In this document: positions 47,982-58,619 of the stretch, in pieces
Layout: each line of letters opens with the position of its first letter
Position numbering within the stretch: the stretch's first letter is position 1
Assembly (NCBI GenBank): GCA_964637135.1
Contig: CAZWTX010000004.1
Span: 62,001 to 124,153 of the forward strand
DNA length: 62,153 nt
Origin: an uncultured Methanospirillum sp.
Lineage (GTDB): Archaea > Halobacteriota > Methanomicrobia > Methanomicrobiales > Methanospirillaceae
Direction of reading: 5' to 3'
Position numbers and translations under genes: made by a program
The notes under the pieces: model-generated
Databases searched by the model: none
Told to the model about the DNA's origin: nothing
Seen by the model: only the letters and a program-made list of their open reading frames with translations

Positions 47982-50510
47982 TTGATGGTGAACCAGATGT
48001 ATCTCTGCTGGATGATATCTGTGATCCGGGTTCTCTACGTCGATGATGATCTGAAATTCGGCGACTTTTTCAGCATTTACCTCGGGAAACAGGGTGATTT
48101 CTCCATACGTGTCATTCAGAACGGACAGGAGGCTCTCATTCTGCTTCGTTCCGAGGTATTTGATATCATCATCTCGGATTATCAGATGCCGGAGATGGAC
48201 GGCCTTTCCCTGCTCCGTTCTGTTCGTGCCTCCGGCATCACGACACCATTTATCCTGTTTACCGGAAAAGGTCGTGAAGAGGTAGTAATTGAAGCTATCA
48301 ACTCAGGCGTTACCTATTACCTGCAGAAAGGGGGTGACAACCGTGCAACCTTTGCGGAACTTGCCCATAAAATACTCCTGGCAACGTCATCAAAGCAGGC
48401 TGCTGATGCTCTCAGGGAAAGCGAGCAGCGATATCGTGAACTTGCTGATCTCCTTCCTGAAAGTGTATTTGAAGCTGATTTAAACGGTACTCTCACGTAT
48501 GTGAACCGGATTGCCCGGGAAAAATTTGGTGTCGATGATACGGCAGATATCTCGGCATTCTCCATATTTGACTTCATCAGCCTGGATGATCACGATCTTA
48601 CGAGAACCCTCCTCCAGGAGATAATCACCACCGGGCGGGACATTCCCCATGAATATGCCGTAATGAGGCGTGATGGAACACGATTCCCGGTTATCATTCA
48701 CTCCTCACCAATATCCTCTTCCGGGGTGCCAGTTGGAATCCGCGGGGTTATTATCGACATGACCCGGCAGAAACAGGCAGAGGAAGCCCTTTTAGAATCA
48801 AAACGCCGCCTTTCTGATATTATCCAGTTCCTGCCTGATGCGACATTTGTAGTCAATAAAGAAGGGGTTGTCACTGCCTGGAATCATGCCATCGAGGAAT
48901 TGACCGGGGTGCCTGCCCGGATGATGATAGGAAAAGGTGACCATTCCTACAGTATCCCGTTTTACGGTGTAAAACGGGACATACTCATTGATCATGCACT
49001 ATTATCGACGAATCCTGAAGAGGAAGGGTACCTGAGAACACAACGAGAGGGGGATGTTATCTTTGGTGAATCATATATTCCCGGCCTCAAAGGAGGAATA
49101 TACCTGTGGAGTATTGCCACCCCGCTTATGGATGCCCGGGGTACTGTTGTGGGAGCGATTGAGAGCGGCCGGGATATCACCGCACGGGTAAAAAGCGAGG
49201 ATGAACTGAACCGGGCCAGGATTGAACTTGAGGAGCGGGTTGCGGTCAGAACAGCCGAGCTCCTGGAACTGAACCGGACGATGATATCTGAGATAGACGA
49301 ACGGAGACATGCCGAAGAAGCCCTCCGGGAGAGCGAGGAACGGTACCGTCGACTGGTAGAACTTTTTCCCGATGCAATCATGGTCTATGACGGCACAAAG
49401 ATCGTGTATGTCAATCCGGCAGGTGTTCATCTGCTTGGAGCCAGGGAGGTCGGTGAAATCATCGGCTTTCCGCTTCAGCGGTTCTTATCTCTTCCTTCCG
49501 TGATTGAGGATATCTTCTCCCTCTCCCGTTATTCAGCAGATTCCGGCCCGGTAATCCCGCTTGAAACACGCATGACAACGATCCCGGGCGATCAGTTTTA
49601 TGCAGAGATCTCTGTCCTACTGATAACCTATAAACACGATCCTGCTCTTCTGATGGTCATCCGGGACATCACCAGGAGAAAGGAGGCTGAGGCGAGGTTG
49701 CGGGAGTATGCTGATGAGATGGTGGACAAGAACAAGGAACTTGATTTCATCACCAACCAGCTCATCGAGATGAATCACCAGCTGGATAAACGGGTGAGTG
49801 AACGGACCCGTGAAGTGTCACGTCTTCTTCACCAGAAGGATATGCTCATCCACCAGCTTGGCCATGATCTAAAAACCCCGCTCACCCCGCTGATCGCCCT
49901 GCTTCCGGATATTGCCAGGAAAGAGGATAATCCGGAACAAAAAGAGATCCTCTTGATTCTCCTTAGATCGGTGTATTCTATTCGGGATCACGTAGAGAAG
50001 ATCCTCCTGATTGCCAGACTGAACCGGGATGACACCGAAGTTATCGCAGAGCCTGTCCGGATTCTGCCGGTTCTCCGCAATATAGTTCAGGATCACACGA
50101 TATCCATCGGGAAGAAGAATCTTGAGATTGTCCTTGAGGTTCCTGATGATACCCTCATTCTCTTCTCCCCCCGTGATGCATCCATTGTTTTTGACAACCT
50201 CATCTCGAATGCGGTTAAATACTCCTATGAAGGTGGTTCAATCCGGGTACACGGTGAAAAGGCAGGAGATGAAGTATCTCTCTCCTTTGAGGATACCGGG
50301 GTCGGGCTGACGGAAGATGAAGCACTGCATGTGTTTGATGATTTTTACATGGCCGATGATTCCCGACATGATCGTGGTTCATCAGGGCTGGGCCTGTCAA
50401 TCGTCCGAAGACTGGTCGGCTTGTATGGGGGAACGGTCATGGTAACCAGCAGGGGGAAAGGGTTTGGCTGTACCTTCACCCTTTCCCTCCGGTCAGCAGT
50501 TCAACCCTGA
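47982..50510 (+). CDS. Hybrid sensor histidine kinase (REC-PAS-PAS-PAS-HisKA-HATPase); true start probably near 48012
   Basis: VLYVDDD, SDYQMPEMDG, three PAS-like segments, HDLKTPLT, NLISNAVKY, DTGVG, GLGL. Confidence 0.92.
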   Translation: MMVNQMYLCWMISVIRVLYVDDDLKFGDFFSIYLGKQGDFSIRVIQNGQEALILLRSEVFDIIISDYQMPEMDGLSLLRSVRASGITTPFILFTGKGREEVVIEAINSGVTYYLQKGGDNRATFAELAHKILLATSSKQAADALRESEQRYRELADLLPESVFEADLNGTLTYVNRIAREKFGVDDTADISAFSIFDFISLDDHDLTRTLLQEIITTGRDIPHEYAVMRRDGTRFPVIIHSSPISSSGVPVGIRGVIIDMTRQKQAEEALLESKRRLSDIIQFLPDATFVVNKEGVVTAWNHAIEELTGVPARMMIGKGDHSYSIPFYGVKRDILIDHALLSTNPEEEGYLRTQREGDVIFGESYIPGLKGGIYLWSIATPLMDARGTVVGAIESGRDITARVKSEDELNRARIELEERVAVRTAELLELNRTMISEIDERRHAEEALRESEERYRRLVELFPDAIMVYDGTKIVYVNPAGVHLLGAREVGEIIGFPLQRFLSLPSVIEDIFSLSRYSADSGPVIPLETRMTTIPGDQFYAEISVLLITYKHDPALLMVIRDITRRKEAEARLREYADEMVDKNKELDFITNQLIEMNHQLDKRVSERTREVSRLLHQKDMLIHQLGHDLKTPLTPLIALLPDIARKEDNPEQKEILLILLRSVYSIRDHVEKILLIARLNRDDTEVIAEPVRILPVLRNIVQDHTISIGKKNLEIVLEVPDDTLILFSPRDASIVFDNLISNAVKYSYEGGSIRVHGEKAGDEVSLSFEDTGVGLTEDEALHVFDDFYMADDSRHDRGSSGLGLSIVRRLVGLYGGTVMVTSRGKGFGCTFTLSLRSAVQP

Positions 50511-50520
50511 AAAAGGATGG

Positions 50521-51315
50521 TTATTCCCTGAGCACTGAAACAAGTCTCTTAACTTCCTGCTCTACAGCAGGAGGAATTGCTTCAGGGTTTCCAAGGTGTT
50601 CTTCGATCTCTCTCACAATGGCTGATCCGACGATGACACCGTCAGCCCCGGCCTGAACCCAGGTTTGTACCTGTTCTGGTGTGGATATACCAAATCCCGG
50701 CAGGATCGGCAGTTTAGTTGCTTTTTTCAATGACTGAAGAAATTCAATGGCGTTCCTATCTACCCCGGTTCTGGTCCCTGTCACTCCGAGAACGGCTACC
50801 ATGTAGATAAATCCACGGGCTCCAGCGGTTATCCGGGTCACCCGGTCCGGCGACGTCGTAGTTCCTGCCATGAGGATAGTATACATCCCGACAGCCACTG
50901 CTGCCGTTTGATATGGTTCTGACTCCTCTATCGGTGCATCGGCAATGACCACGCCGTCAATTCCGGCTTTTGCAGCACGCACATAGAACCGTTCGGCTCC
51001 ATAGGCATGGATCAGGTTTGCATAGGTCAGGATAACAATCGGAATAGCCGTTTCGGTTCTGATGGTTTCGACCATTGAAAAGAGACGGTCAGCGTTCATT
51101 CCTGACTGCAGGGCACGAAGATCCGCCCGCTGGATAACCGGACCGTCTGAGGTCGGGTCAGAGAACGGCAGTCCGAACTCGATAATATCAGCCCCGCCCC
51201 GGATCATTGCCCGTACAATCTCGATGCTCTGTTTCTCATCCGGATCTCCTGCCACTGTGAATGCGACAAGAACCGGATGGCCTGCTTGTCTGAATACCTC
51301 ATCAATCCGGTTCAT
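50521..51315 (-). CDS. trpA: Tryptophan synthase alpha chain
   Basis: [31 protein letters not shown]. Confidence 0.96.
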   Translation of the reverse strand: MNRIDEVFRQAGHPVLVAFTVAGDPDEKQSIEIVRAMIRGGADIIEFGLPFSDPTSDGPVIQRADLRALQSGMNADRLFSMVETIRTETAIPIVILTYANLIHAYGAERFYVRAAKAGIDGVVIADAPIEESEPYQTAAVAVGMYTILMAGTTTSPDRVTRITAGARGFIYMVAVLGVTGTRTGVDRNAIEFLQSLKKATKLPILPGFGISTPEQVQTWVQAGADGVIVGSAIVREIEEHLGNPEAIPPAVEQEVKRLVSVLRE

Positions 51316-52484
51316 AATTGCCCCTCCATGAGTTCCATTACGGTTGTTACGTCCTTGTCTCCCCTGCCTGAGAGGTTGATCACCAGTATCCCGTCTTTTC
51401 CGAGTGTGGGACCGATCTTACGGGCATACGCGACTGCATGGGATGATTCAAGTGCTGGAATAATCCCTTCAGTCCGTGAAAGGTAAAGAAATGCATCAAG
51501 AGCCTCGTTATCGGTGATAATATCGTAGGTGATCCTTCCGGTATCCCTCAGGTTCGCATGTTCGGGTCCCACGCCAGGGTAATCGAGCCCTGCTGAGACT
51601 GAATGGGATTCCAGGATCTGACCGTACTGATCCTGCAGGATGTAGGAGTAATTTCCGTGGAGAATACCGGGACTTCCGGCACAGAGGGTTGCACCATGCC
51701 GGCGGTCAAGTCCCTCACCACCGGCTTCCACACCGAACAGGCGGACCGGATCAGAGAGAAATGGATGGAACATCCCGATTGCATTTGATCCTCCACCAAT
51801 GCAGGCAATAATCACGTCCGGGAGGCGTCCTTCTGCTTCAATTACCTGTTTCTTTGTTTCATTTCCGATAACACTCTGGAAATCCCTGACAATGGTGGGA
51901 AAGGGATGACATCCGACTACGGTTCCGATGACATAATGGGTATATTCTGCTGTTGCCACCCAGTCCCGATATGCCTCGTTGATTGAATCCTTCAGTGTTT
52001 TCGTCCCGCTCTCGACCGGGATGACCCTGGCTCCCATCATCTTCATCCGGGCAACATTCAAGCTCTGTCTTGCGATGTCAATCGAGCCCATGTATACGTC
52101 AACCTGCAATCCAAGGGCTGCCCCGGCAATTGCAGTCGCTACACCATGCTGTCCGGCACCGGTTTCAGCTATCAGCCGTTTTTTTCCCATGTGTCTGGCA
52201 AGCAACGCCTGACCTATAGCATTATTCAGTTTATGAGCTCCCGAGTGAAGAAGATCTTCGCGTTTCAGATAGACCTTGCATCCGAGATCTGCAGACATAT
52301 TGCGGCAGAATGTGAGCGGCGTCGCCCGTCCGGCATAACTGGTCATGAACCATTCCAGTTCGGTCCTGAACACCTCTTCCCGGGTGATCGTGAGATATGC
52401 TTCTTCGAGTTCCTCGAGTGCATACATGAGTGTTTCCGGTGCAAAACAGCCCCCGTATGGGCCAAATCGTGTTTCCAATCTCAT
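51312..52484 (-). CDS. trpB: Tryptophan synthase beta chain
   Basis: [43 protein letters not shown]. Confidence 0.97.
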   Translation of the reverse strand: MRLETRFGPYGGCFAPETLMYALEELEEAYLTITREEVFRTELEWFMTSYAGRATPLTFCRNMSADLGCKVYLKREDLLHSGAHKLNNAIGQALLARHMGKKRLIAETGAGQHGVATAIAGAALGLQVDVYMGSIDIARQSLNVARMKMMGARVIPVESGTKTLKDSINEAYRDWVATAEYTHYVIGTVVGCHPFPTIVRDFQSVIGNETKKQVIEAEGRLPDVIIACIGGGSNAIGMFHPFLSDPVRLFGVEAGGEGLDRRHGATLCAGSPGILHGNYSYILQDQYGQILESHSVSAGLDYPGVGPEHANLRDTGRITYDIITDNEALDAFLYLSRTEGIIPALESSHAVAYARKIGPTLGKDGILVINLSGRGDKDVTTVMELMEGQL

Positions 52485-53056
52485 TCAGATGCCTCTCTGG
52501 CGTTTCGTATGAACTGACGTATTTTTTCGTGGTCCTTGATTCCCGGGCGTGTTTCCACACCGGAGGCTACATCCACTGCATAGGGATGAAGCGTCCGGAC
52601 TGCATGCCCGACGGTTTCCGGAGTGAGTCCTCCGGCCAGGATAACCGGGACCGATGCAGTCCGGATCATTTCCCTGGCAAATTCCTCGTCATAACAGGTT
52701 CCCCGTCCCATGCTGGCATCTATAATAAGTGCATCAGCATTTCCGGCGACAGGATGTTCAGGTCCGCAGACCCTGATGACCCGGGTCACGGTCTGTGGAA
52801 CAGACAGTGACGCCGATATCTGGACTGCGGTCGGTCGCAGGGCAAGGATCTCGTTGAGTTCTTCAGGATCAGCAGTATGGGAGACACAGATCCTGGCGAT
52901 AAATGGCCCGGTTGCTGAGAATATCTTCTGAGCCTGCTCTGTACTGACCGACCGGGGGGAGTCTGAAAAGAGGACTACCCCGACGGCATCCGCCCCGGCT
53001 GCTTCTGCCACCCGGGCATCTTCCGGCCGGGTGATTCCGCAGATCTTTACGCGTAT
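52481..53056 (-). CDS. trpF: Phosphoribosylanthranilate isomerase (apparent ATA start)
   Basis: Frame extends upstream of the called GTG to (I)[33 protein letters not shown]. Confidence 0.9.
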   Translation of the reverse strand: MRVKICGITRPEDARVAEAAGADAVGVVLFSDSPRSVSTEQAQKIFSATGPFIARICVSHTADPEELNEILALRPTAVQISASLSVPQTVTRVIRVCGPEHPVAGNADALIIDASMGRGTCYDEEFAREMIRTASVPVILAGGLTPETVGHAVRTLHPYAVDVASGVETRPGIKDHEKIRQFIRNAREASE

Positions 53057-53799
53057 ACAAATCCCTCCAGACGCTGTTTTAGATTTTTTGCCGACATGAT
53101 CCCCGAACCGACCAGGAACCCGTGGGCATACCGCCTGAGCGATCTGATATCACATGGCCAGATCATACCACTCTCTGCGATCACGGTTTTTCCTGCACTT
53201 CGTATGGCCGGACCCAGCCGGGCAGTGGTCCCGAGATCTATCCGGAGGGTGGATAGATCCCGGTTATTCACACCGATTATTGTTGCGTCTGTATCAAGTG
53301 CCATTTTAACTTCCCTGCTGGTATGGACCTCAACTAGTGGCTCCAGCCCTGATCGGAAGGTTGCAGATACGAACTCATCAAGTCTGTCTTCAAGAACGGC
53401 TGCAATGAGCAGCAGTGCATCGGCACCAAGTGCCCGTGTCTCCTGGATCTGCTTCAGATCCACGATGAAGTCTTTTCTCAGGATAGGAACCGGGCAGCAC
53501 TCCCTGATCGAGGGAATGGTGGTTGCATCTCCCTTGAAATATGCCGGTTCGGTCAGAACCGAGATGGCTGTACATCCTCCTGAAATATACCGGTCAGCAA
53601 TGAAAGATGGACTGATACCAGACCGGATCTGTCCCCGTGACGGCGATGCAAACTTGATCTCGGCAATCACTGCATTTCTGTCAGTCTGATTTCTGATCGA
53701 GTGTTCAAGGCTAATCGGATGGTATGAGGGGATGGTGAACTGCTCTGGGAGAAGTTCGGCCCGCCTGCCGGAATCTGCAACGATGGTGTCGAGGATCAT
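53047..53799 (-). CDS. trpC: Indole-3-glycerol phosphate synthase
   Basis: IAEIKFASPS, SVLTE, LRKDF, LVEVH, GVNNRDL, AESG. Confidence 0.96.
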   Translation of the reverse strand: MILDTIVADSGRRAELLPEQFTIPSYHPISLEHSIRNQTDRNAVIAEIKFASPSRGQIRSGISPSFIADRYISGGCTAISVLTEPAYFKGDATTIPSIRECCPVPILRKDFIVDLKQIQETRALGADALLLIAAVLEDRLDEFVSATFRSGLEPLVEVHTSREVKMALDTDATIIGVNNRDLSTLRIDLGTTARLGPAIRSAGKTVIAESGMIWPCDIRSLRRYAHGFLVGSGIMSAKNLKQRLEGFVYA

Positions 53800-54806
53800 G
53801 TCCCATGCACCCTGGTCAGGAGTTCGAGGGTTTTTTCAGCTCTCCCTGAATCAATCGCTTTTTCTGCCGCAACAACTCCCTCGCGGAGAGATTCAGCTCC
53901 CCCACCGAGCATGATGGCGGCTGCAGCGTTGAGGACAACCACATCACGTTTCGGTCCGGCCATCCCTCCCAGAATTCCGTGGATTATCTCTGCATTCATT
54001 GCGGCATTCCCTCCGGTGAGATCAGACGGGCATGCCCTCTGAATACCGAATTCTTCAGGTACTATCCTGAACCGCCGGATCGTTCCGTCATGCAGCTCCG
54101 CGATCTCGGTCGGGCCGCAGACGGTTATCTCATCGGTACCGTTCCCATGGACGACCATGGCACGGGGAATTCCAAGGCTTTTCAGGGTTTCAGGAACCGT
54201 TGAGAGGAGATTCTTATCTCCGACACCAATCAGTCGTGCCTGTGCCCGTGCCGGATTGAGGAGTGGTCCGAGGATATTGAAGACCGAGAAAAATCCGGTC
54301 TCTTTTCGCGCTGGTGCAACCCTGCCCATCGCCGGATGAAACCGGGGTGCATACAGGAACGCAATACCGCTTGAAGTGACCGAGCGGGCAGCCTCCTCGC
54401 AATTCAGTTCAATCGGAACCCCGAGCGCTTCAAGCACGTCGGCAGATCCGCAGGATGATGAGACGCTCCGGTTGCCATGTTTGACAACCCTGACCCCGGC
54501 TGCTGCAGTAACAATGGCAGCAGCAGTGCTGATATTGAAGGTGTTTGCCCCGTCACCTCCTGTACCGCAGGTATCCACGAGTATCTCATCCTTCTCCGGT
54601 ACGACCGGGATGGCATGTTCCTGGAGAACCCGTGCAAATGCTGTCAGTTCCGGGGTGGTTACCCCCTTCATGCGCATTGCTGTGATGAAACAGCCTATCT
54701 GGGCATCAGTCATGCTGCCTGAGGCGATAGCAGACATAATCGCAGATGCTTCTCCTGCAATCAGATCTTCTCCCGCGATTAGTTTATGCAGTATCGGCTT
54801 GATCAT
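53796..54806 (-). CDS. trpD: Anthranilate phosphoribosyltransferase
   Basis: DTCGTGGD...TFNIST, KHGNRS.SS..GSAD.LE. Confidence 0.96.
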   Translation of the reverse strand: MIKPILHKLIAGEDLIAGEASAIMSAIASGSMTDAQIGCFITAMRMKGVTTPELTAFARVLQEHAIPVVPEKDEILVDTCGTGGDGANTFNISTAAAIVTAAAGVRVVKHGNRSVSSSCGSADVLEALGVPIELNCEEAARSVTSSGIAFLYAPRFHPAMGRVAPARKETGFFSVFNILGPLLNPARAQARLIGVGDKNLLSTVPETLKSLGIPRAMVVHGNGTDEITVCGPTEIAELHDGTIRRFRIVPEEFGIQRACPSDLTGGNAAMNAEIIHGILGGMAGPKRDVVVLNAAAAIMLGGGAESLREGVVAAEKAIDSGRAEKTLELLTRVHGT

Positions 54807-55381
54807 TATTCCCCCCTCCGGGAAAGGAAATTTTTCATCAGGGCAGTGCCTGAGGGACTCATGATGCTTTCCGGATGGAACTGGAGTCCGTATACTGCCT
54901 GATCCGGATTGATAACACCCATGATACTGTTATCATCCAGTGCACGGGCACAAACCGAAAGGGTTTTTGGGATGTTCTCCGGGTCAGCGGTGAGGGAGTG
55001 GTACCGTGTTGCCCTGATCGGGCATTCAAGTCCCTGGAACAGACCTCTTCCATCATGTTCGATGAGGCTGGTTTTCCCGTGAACCGGGACTGAAAGCCGG
55101 GTGATAGTCCCTCCTTCCGTGTGGATAATTGTCTGATGTCCGAGACAGACCCCGAGTATCGGGATTTTACCGGAGTAGGTTCTTATCACATCTGCACATA
55201 TCCCGGCATCTTTGGGAGTTCCCGGACCGGGGGAGAGGATAATCCGGTCTGGCTCGGTATTTTTAACCTCATCAATCGTTCTGTTGCAGGTTACAGCCAC
55301 CGGTTCGGCACCAAGTGATCCGACGAGCTGGTACAGGTTATAGGTAAAACTGTCAAAGCAGTCGATGATGGTAACATTCAT
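54806..55381 (-). CDS. trpG: Anthranilate synthase component II
   Basis: DSFTYNL, SPGPG, GVCLGHQ, RYHSL, QFHPES. Confidence 0.96.
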   Translation of the reverse strand: MNVTIIDCFDSFTYNLYQLVGSLGAEPVAVTCNRTIDEVKNTEPDRIILSPGPGTPKDAGICADVIRTYSGKIPILGVCLGHQTIIHTEGGTITRLSVPVHGKTSLIEHDGRGLFQGLECPIRATRYHSLTADPENIPKTLSVCARALDDNSIMGVINPDQAVYGLQFHPESIMSPSGTALMKNFLSRRGE

Positions 55382-56898
55382 GGAAGTTCCCCCGCGATAT
55401 GGAGGGCCGCAGCAAGGGCCGCTCCCTTTACATTTGTCTCCTCATACTCACGGCAGGGATCTGAATCTGCTACGATTCCTGCTCCGACTGATATCGACGC
55501 GTTCTCTCCGGAGATGATGATGGTCCGGATGGCGATCGCAAATTCAAGCATTCTGGAAAAACCGATATACCCCACTGCTCCGGCATACAGGCCACGGGGA
55601 CGGTTTTCAAGTTCGCTGATAATCTGCATCGCCCTGATCTTCGGTGCCCCTGATACGGTTCCGGCAGGGAAACAGGAAGCAAATGCATCGAACTGATCAC
55701 AGCCCTCATGAAGCGTTCCGGTGACTGTCGAAGTGATATGTTGGACATGTGAGAACTTCTCGATAGACATGAATTCATCCAGGCGGACTGATCCGAATGC
55801 TGATACCCGTCCGATGTCATTTCTCGCGAGATCAACGAGCATCAAGTGTTCTGCACATTCTTTCCCGTCTGAAAGAAGGTCTTCTGCAAGGGCGTTATCT
55901 TCTGCCGGATCTCTTCCCCGGGGGCGTGTACCTGCAATTGGAACCGTGGTTACCTGATCACCGGTTACCCTGACCAACATTTCAGGACTTGATCCGATGA
56001 TCGTCTCGTCAGGGAATGCAAGGTAATACAGGTATGGGGAAGGATTGAGTTGTCTGAGCACCTCGTATACCCGGTAGGGATCACCAGTGAACGGCTGGCT
56101 GAATTCGCGTGAAAGAACGACCTGGAAGATATCTCCTGCCCTGATATGATCAAGCCCTTTCTGCACAATTCGGGCAAATTGCTCCTCTTCACCGGGAATT
56201 GAGTCAGGTCTCATTCCTGCAGGAATCCCGGGAATCCGGATATCTCCGGTGGGAACCGATGAAACCTGCCCAGCGAGGTTTTCAGCTTCTCTCCTCGCTC
56301 TTGTCAGTACTGTTTCGCGGTCCTCTGTTCCGTCCAGGATCGCGGTGATGGTGATCGTGCATCTCTCCCTGATGTGATCAAATATAATGCACCGGGTTGA
56401 ACAGAGGAATTTGGCAAAGGTGCCGTGTTTTTCGTGTTCAGGAACAAGCCCGTGATGCATCCTGCTGACCATGTCATAGGAAAAGTATCCGACAAACCCG
56501 CCTGAGAAATCCGTATCCTGGTTCCCGGTTATCCGGAATGCTTCTGCAACCTTCTTCATGTGGATAACCGGATCCCCTTCTTCAGTCGTCTCATCCCCGG
56601 GGGGAAACAGGGGTGCTATTGCACCGGTAATGGTTACCCGGTCTGTTATCGAGATGATACCTGCTGATTCCAGCCCGATGATGGATCGTACCGCCCGCCG
56701 GGGCACTCCTTCCATTGATTCGAGGAGAAAACCGGTCTCTCCCTTCAGGGCTTTGAATATCGCCGCTGGAGAAGCAGCCGGCATCGGGATAGATACCGAA
56801 ACCGGGAGTGCCCCGATGAATGATGAAGGTTCATCTCTGCCCATGAGCGGGTTGTTCTTTTCCTGGAGCGGGGTTTTACCCGCCGTACCGGTTACCAT
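55378..56898 (-). CDS. trpE: Anthranilate synthase component I
   Basis: LLES, GDIFQVVLS, NPSPY, SSPE, PIAGTRPRG, EHLMLVDLARND, PAGTVSGAPK. Confidence 0.96.
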   Translation of the reverse strand: MVTGTAGKTPLQEKNNPLMGRDEPSSFIGALPVSVSIPMPAASPAAIFKALKGETGFLLESMEGVPRRAVRSIIGLESAGIISITDRVTITGAIAPLFPPGDETTEEGDPVIHMKKVAEAFRITGNQDTDFSGGFVGYFSYDMVSRMHHGLVPEHEKHGTFAKFLCSTRCIIFDHIRERCTITITAILDGTEDRETVLTRARREAENLAGQVSSVPTGDIRIPGIPAGMRPDSIPGEEEQFARIVQKGLDHIRAGDIFQVVLSREFSQPFTGDPYRVYEVLRQLNPSPYLYYLAFPDETIIGSSPEMLVRVTGDQVTTVPIAGTRPRGRDPAEDNALAEDLLSDGKECAEHLMLVDLARNDIGRVSAFGSVRLDEFMSIEKFSHVQHITSTVTGTLHEGCDQFDAFASCFPAGTVSGAPKIRAMQIISELENRPRGLYAGAVGYIGFSRMLEFAIAIRTIIISGENASISVGAGIVADSDPCREYEETNVKGAALAAALHIAGELP

Positions 56899-56943
56899 TC
56901 CACCGGCATCACCTTGTTTTGAATAGGCAATGTCATACTCATC

Positions 56944-56969
56944 TGTACGTTATTGTATATCTATATACA
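56944..56969. promoter_or_regulatory. Three TRP-box-like hexamers with 4-bp spacers overlapping the trpE TATA-like element (putative TrpY operator)
   Basis: TGTACG-ttat-TGTATA-tcta-TATACA; each hexamer is one mismatch from TGTACA. Confidence 0.7.
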
Positions 56970-57372
56970 TTGCTGATCTTTAGTGTTTAGCGCGATGCAA
57001 AAAAGTATTGATTTGTATTATTACTTCATACGCATTCTCATCTCGTAATTGCGCCCACTATTAGTCTTCCGAAATTGTTCTGGGATGCTCAATCATTTCA
57101 CAAATGTTGTTTAAAGGGACAATAAGGTGTATGTGGGTGGTTAATATATTTCCTGTGATATCCGGGCAATCAACACTAATATATATTATGTAAACCTAAG
57201 CATGGCTGCCATGTCAGCAGCCCGGGACGGCTGCTGGTAATACTGATATCTCCAGGATCATCCGGATTGTTCGTTGCATGGAAGTATCTCCGGATCACCT
57301 GACGCGGCATCAAGAGAGAGCCTGTCGATCACGGTACTTGTACCGGGAATACCTGTAATCATAAAGATATTC

Positions 57373-58512
57373 ATGGAACGAAAGCGGATAGCCTTTTTCT
57401 GCTGGGAATCCCTTTACACCGATCGCGTGGGAGGCCTTGCAAATGCGACGACATATCTCGCCCAGGAACTGGCAAAAGAGAATGAAGTCCATTTCTTTAC
57501 TCGTGGTCTTGGTGATTTCACCTTTCATGGAGTTCATTACCATACGGTCCGTCCCGAGGGAGGAGATGTGGTTGAGTACTGCAGGAATATGTCTCACCAG
57601 ATGGTAGACCGGTTTCATGAGTTTGATCAACCTGGTTTTGATATCCTCCATTTCCATGACTGGCATGTGACTGAAGCCCTTCATCTTCTCAAGGATCGGA
57701 ATACTGTTTTTACCTACCATTCAACCGAATACGGGAGGAATGGGAATGTTCATGGTGACTGGTGGGAGTACCGTGAGATATCCGGAAAAGAATGGTATGC
57801 CGGTCTTATCGCAAAAAAAGTCACGACGGTAAGCGGCATTTTAAAGAATGAGGTGATGAGTCTCTACCATGTTCCTGACTGGAAGATTAACGTTTTCCCG
57901 AACGGTGTCATTCCCGAGCAGTATGATGTCATTCTTGACCAGGGCAGGGTAAAAGAAGAACTTGGTATCCACCCGTACGCCCCGACCGTCTTCTTCATAG
58001 GAAGGATGGCATATCAGAAAGGACCGGATATCCTTCTAGAAGCCCTTCCATGGGTTAAGGATCGGTTCTGGGGAGTCCAGGTGATCATGGCAGGTGATGG
58101 GGGAATGAGGCCGTGGCTCATGGAACAGGCATGGCATCGTGGTCTTCCGGTGCGGTTTCCAGGGTACATATCTGACTCTGAATACGTCAGGTACCTGAAT
58201 GCAGCTGATCTGGTGGTGATTCCAAGCCGCAACGAACCGTTTGGCATCGTTCTTCCAGAAGCGTGGAGTGCCGGAAGAGCGGTTGTTGCCTGCGATGTCG
58301 GAGGTCTTCACGAGAACATTGACTCCTTCCAGGATGGGATCAAGGTACCCGTCTCTCCTGAAAGCCTGGCGTGGGGGATCTGTGAGACCCTTGATGATCC
58401 ATCCCGTGCTCTCAGGTTCGGCAGGTCAGGGCGGGAAAAGGTATATCGGAATTTCCGGTGGGAAGGAATTGCCCGGCGCCTTGATCAGATGTATTGCGGA
58501 ATCACCGCCTGA
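57373..58512 (+). CDS. GT4-family glycosyltransferase (glycogen/starch synthase-like)
   Basis: VGGLA, HFHDW, T.HSTE.GR, GR...QKG, PSRNEPFGIV..EA; ATG 57373. Confidence 0.88.
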   Translation: MERKRIAFFCWESLYTDRVGGLANATTYLAQELAKENEVHFFTRGLGDFTFHGVHYHTVRPEGGDVVEYCRNMSHQMVDRFHEFDQPGFDILHFHDWHVTEALHLLKDRNTVFTYHSTEYGRNGNVHGDWWEYREISGKEWYAGLIAKKVTTVSGILKNEVMSLYHVPDWKINVFPNGVIPEQYDVILDQGRVKEELGIHPYAPTVFFIGRMAYQKGPDILLEALPWVKDRFWGVQVIMAGDGGMRPWLMEQAWHRGLPVRFPGYISDSEYVRYLNAADLVVIPSRNEPFGIVLPEAWSAGRAVVACDVGGLHENIDSFQDGIKVPVSPESLAWGICETLDDPSRALRFGRSGREKVYRNFRWEGIARRLDQMYCGITA

Positions 58513-58619
58513 TTTTTCTTTTTTCGTATCTCCTGGATGACCCGCAATGAACGACGGTCTCTTATGGACGTGTTTTACCGGAATCGGAAACAATCATGAT
58601 TTACAGATCTGGCTGCTGA

